From NCBI GenBank assembly GCA_963834385.1, contig CAWIBO010000002.1, positions 992,001 to 1,056,000 of the forward strand: DNA of 64,000 bases, written 5' to 3'. Made by a program: the position numbers and the translations under genes. Source of the stretch: an uncultured Verrucomicrobiae bacterium. Its GTDB lineage: Bacteria; Verrucomicrobiota; Verrucomicrobiia; Chthoniobacterales; UBA10450. Below, one piece after another: positions 62,498 through 64,000 of this stretch. The notes below the pieces were generated by a model. It had not been told where the DNA came from. It saw nothing but the letters and a program-made list of their open reading frames with translations, and did not search any database. Each line of letters starts with the position of its first letter. Positions within the stretch are counted from its first letter, which is position 1.

Positions 62498-63451
62498 TTA
62501 TCTTTTCATCGGTTTCGCCGGGCGCACCTTGCCGGTCCTGCTCCTCGAGCCGCGACGTCCCTTTCGGAACTCTGTCGGCGACTCGCCGAAGACGCGCCGA
62601 AAGGCCCGGTTGAACTGGGTCAAGGAACGAAACCCCACATCGTAGGCGACCTCGCTCACCCGCCGGTTCGGGTTCAGTAGCTCCGTGCGCGCGTCCTCCA
62701 GGCGAACGCGCGCCACATAATCGGTAAACTTCAAACCGGTCGACCGGTGGAAAACCTTGCAGAAGTGAAAAACACTGGCCCCGGCGGCCGCCGCCACCGT
62801 CCCAAGGGAAAGCTCCTCCTGTTTGTGTTGCTCAATGAAGGCGCGCGCCTTTTGCACCAGGACCGGCTCCGCATTTGCATCCTCCAGCACGATCTGGTTC
62901 AGCCGGGCGGATAACTGCTCGGCAAAAAAAGTAAGCAGACACACGATCCCATCATAATTCGAGGGCGGAATCAGGGGATTATTCTCCCAGGCCTTCCGCA
63001 GCTTCTCATCAAACGGCAGACCGCTGGCCGCCAGACGCCCTGCCACCTTTTTGATGTCTTGGGCCGAAGGCGACCGGCGCATAACCTGCCCCACCCGAAG
63101 GAACCCAACGGTCTCACGGCCCAGTTTTACCGGCACGGCACTCTCCGTCAGGCCAAACGGGCAGGTCACCGTATGAGGCAGGTCGCCGGTCTGCCTGGTC
63201 ATTTCATCGTGGGCGGCCAGACAGACCGCCAGCGTTCCAGGGTGTTCTGCCAGGAGGGCGCAGAACGGATTTTCCTTCTTTTTTCCGTGATGCGAAAGCT
63301 GCCAGTATTCGAGCGGCTGCAACGCCAGGGGAAGCCCCGTTGCCTTTGAAAAAACGCGCTCGTAACTCTGGTAGAGTGGCGACCGTTGAAGGCGCGCCAC
63401 CAAATCCTTATTTGGCCGCGTCGCTGGACTTTGGCTCGGGGGATGAGACAT
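62498..63451 (-). CDS. AraC-family regulator with PocR-type sensor domain
   Basis: NPFC...C...CPFGL.ESAVPV...GQV; C-terminal VSEVAYDVGF.SLTQFNR.F. Confidence 0.88.
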   Translation of the reverse strand: MSHPPSQSPATRPNKDLVARLQRSPLYQSYERVFSKATGLPLALQPLEYWQLSHHGKKKENPFCALLAEHPGTLAVCLAAHDEMTRQTGDLPHTVTCPFGLTESAVPVKLGRETVGFLRVGQVMRRSPSAQDIKKVAGRLAASGLPFDEKLRKAWENNPLIPPSNYDGIVCLLTFFAEQLSARLNQIVLEDANAEPVLVQKARAFIEQHKQEELSLGTVAAAAGASVFHFCKVFHRSTGLKFTDYVARVRLEDARTELLNPNRRVSEVAYDVGFRSLTQFNRAFRRVFGESPTEFRKGRRGSRSRTGKVRPAKPMKR

Positions 63452-63544
63452 GGGCAGGAACCTCTTTAAACCTACGAAAAGGCGTCGGCCTGACCAGCCA
63501 ATTGCGATTCCTCTTTGCCACGGCCGCGCCCTGCAACTCAAGCC

Positions 63545-64000
63545 ATGACCAAATCGAGCAAGACGAACGAACGCCCGGACGGAATGATTGTGCGCGAGAG
63601 CGACCCGCTGAATCTTGAGATGCCGTTCGGGGAAGCCACCCGGTTCATTACCCCGAACGACCGCTTTTACGTCCGCTGCCATTATCCGGTGCCGGAGATC
63701 AAGGCGGCGGATTGGCGCCTGGAGATCAGCGGCACGGTCGAGAATCCCTTTTCGCTCGATCTCGACGAAATCCGGGCACTGCCGGCGCGGACGATTGTCT
63801 CGCTCCTGGAGTGCGCCGGCAATAACCGGGCCCTGCTCGACTGGAAGACAAAGGGAGTGCAATGGGCGCAGGGGGCGGTGGGCAATGCGCAGTGGCGCGG
63901 CACGCCTCTCTCCGAACTTCTCGCGAAGGCTCGACCCAAGGCGGGAGCCTGCGAAGTGATCCTGGAAGGGGCCGATGCCGGTCCGCTCGACAAGGAAGGA
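63545..64000 (+). CDS. Sulfite-oxidase-family molybdopterin oxidoreductase (3' truncated by window)
   Basis: Read directly from sequence: PLNLEMP, ITPNDRFYVRCH, WRLEISG, LECAGN, GAVGNAQWRG, EGAD. Confidence 0.88.
   Translation, partial: MTKSSKTNERPDGMIVRESDPLNLEMPFGEATRFITPNDRFYVRCHYPVPEIKAADWRLEISGTVENPFSLDLDEIRALPARTIVSLLECAGNNRALLDWKTKGVQWAQGAVGNAQWRGTPLSELLAKARPKAGACEVILEGADAGPLDKEG

Noticed and set aside
1..64000. About 20 frameshifts as pseudogenes or programmed frameshifting
   Set aside because: They are scattered, hit essential rplQ, show no shared slippery motif and leave the flanking codons intact; most consistent with long-read indel errors

Overview
GC-rich bacterial chromosomal window. 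The RpoA N-terminus and several lineage-typical families point to Verrucomicrobiota, probably Spartobacteria/Chthoniobacterales (inference). About 20 apparent single-base indels split conserved genes, including essential rplQ, so these are read as uncorrected long-read errors. In order the window holds: an ArnT-like glycosyltransferase, a class D beta-lactamase, DUF748, corA and an SLC13 permease; a TonB-dependent receptor-YfiR-hybrid histidine kinase operon; a complete cytosine/uracil reductive catabolic operon with a plant-PYD1-type dihydropyrimidine dehydrogenase and no preT, interrupted by an inverted-repeat-flanked four-helix-bundle element; a pseudokinase and tRNA-Gln; a candidate trans-envelope cAMP signalling locus (beta-barrel, ~1800-aa FecR/beta-helix surface protein, pseudo-HisKA-REC and cNMP-histidine kinase, with a divergent CHASE2 cyclase); NlpC/P60, a REP doublet, a sulfatase, sufCBD and ggt; a WYL regulator with a divergent 63-aa ORF; pyrR-pyrB-pyrC with a PyrR RNA site; mrp, lemA-TPM-TPM and an MFS transporter; a detached rpoA-rplQ with a structured leader; a sigma54-driven small gene; a DEAD-box helicase; START/peptidase genes; and a USP/VIT1/PocR-AraC cluster. 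All family assignments come from motif recognition by eye, not from database searches.
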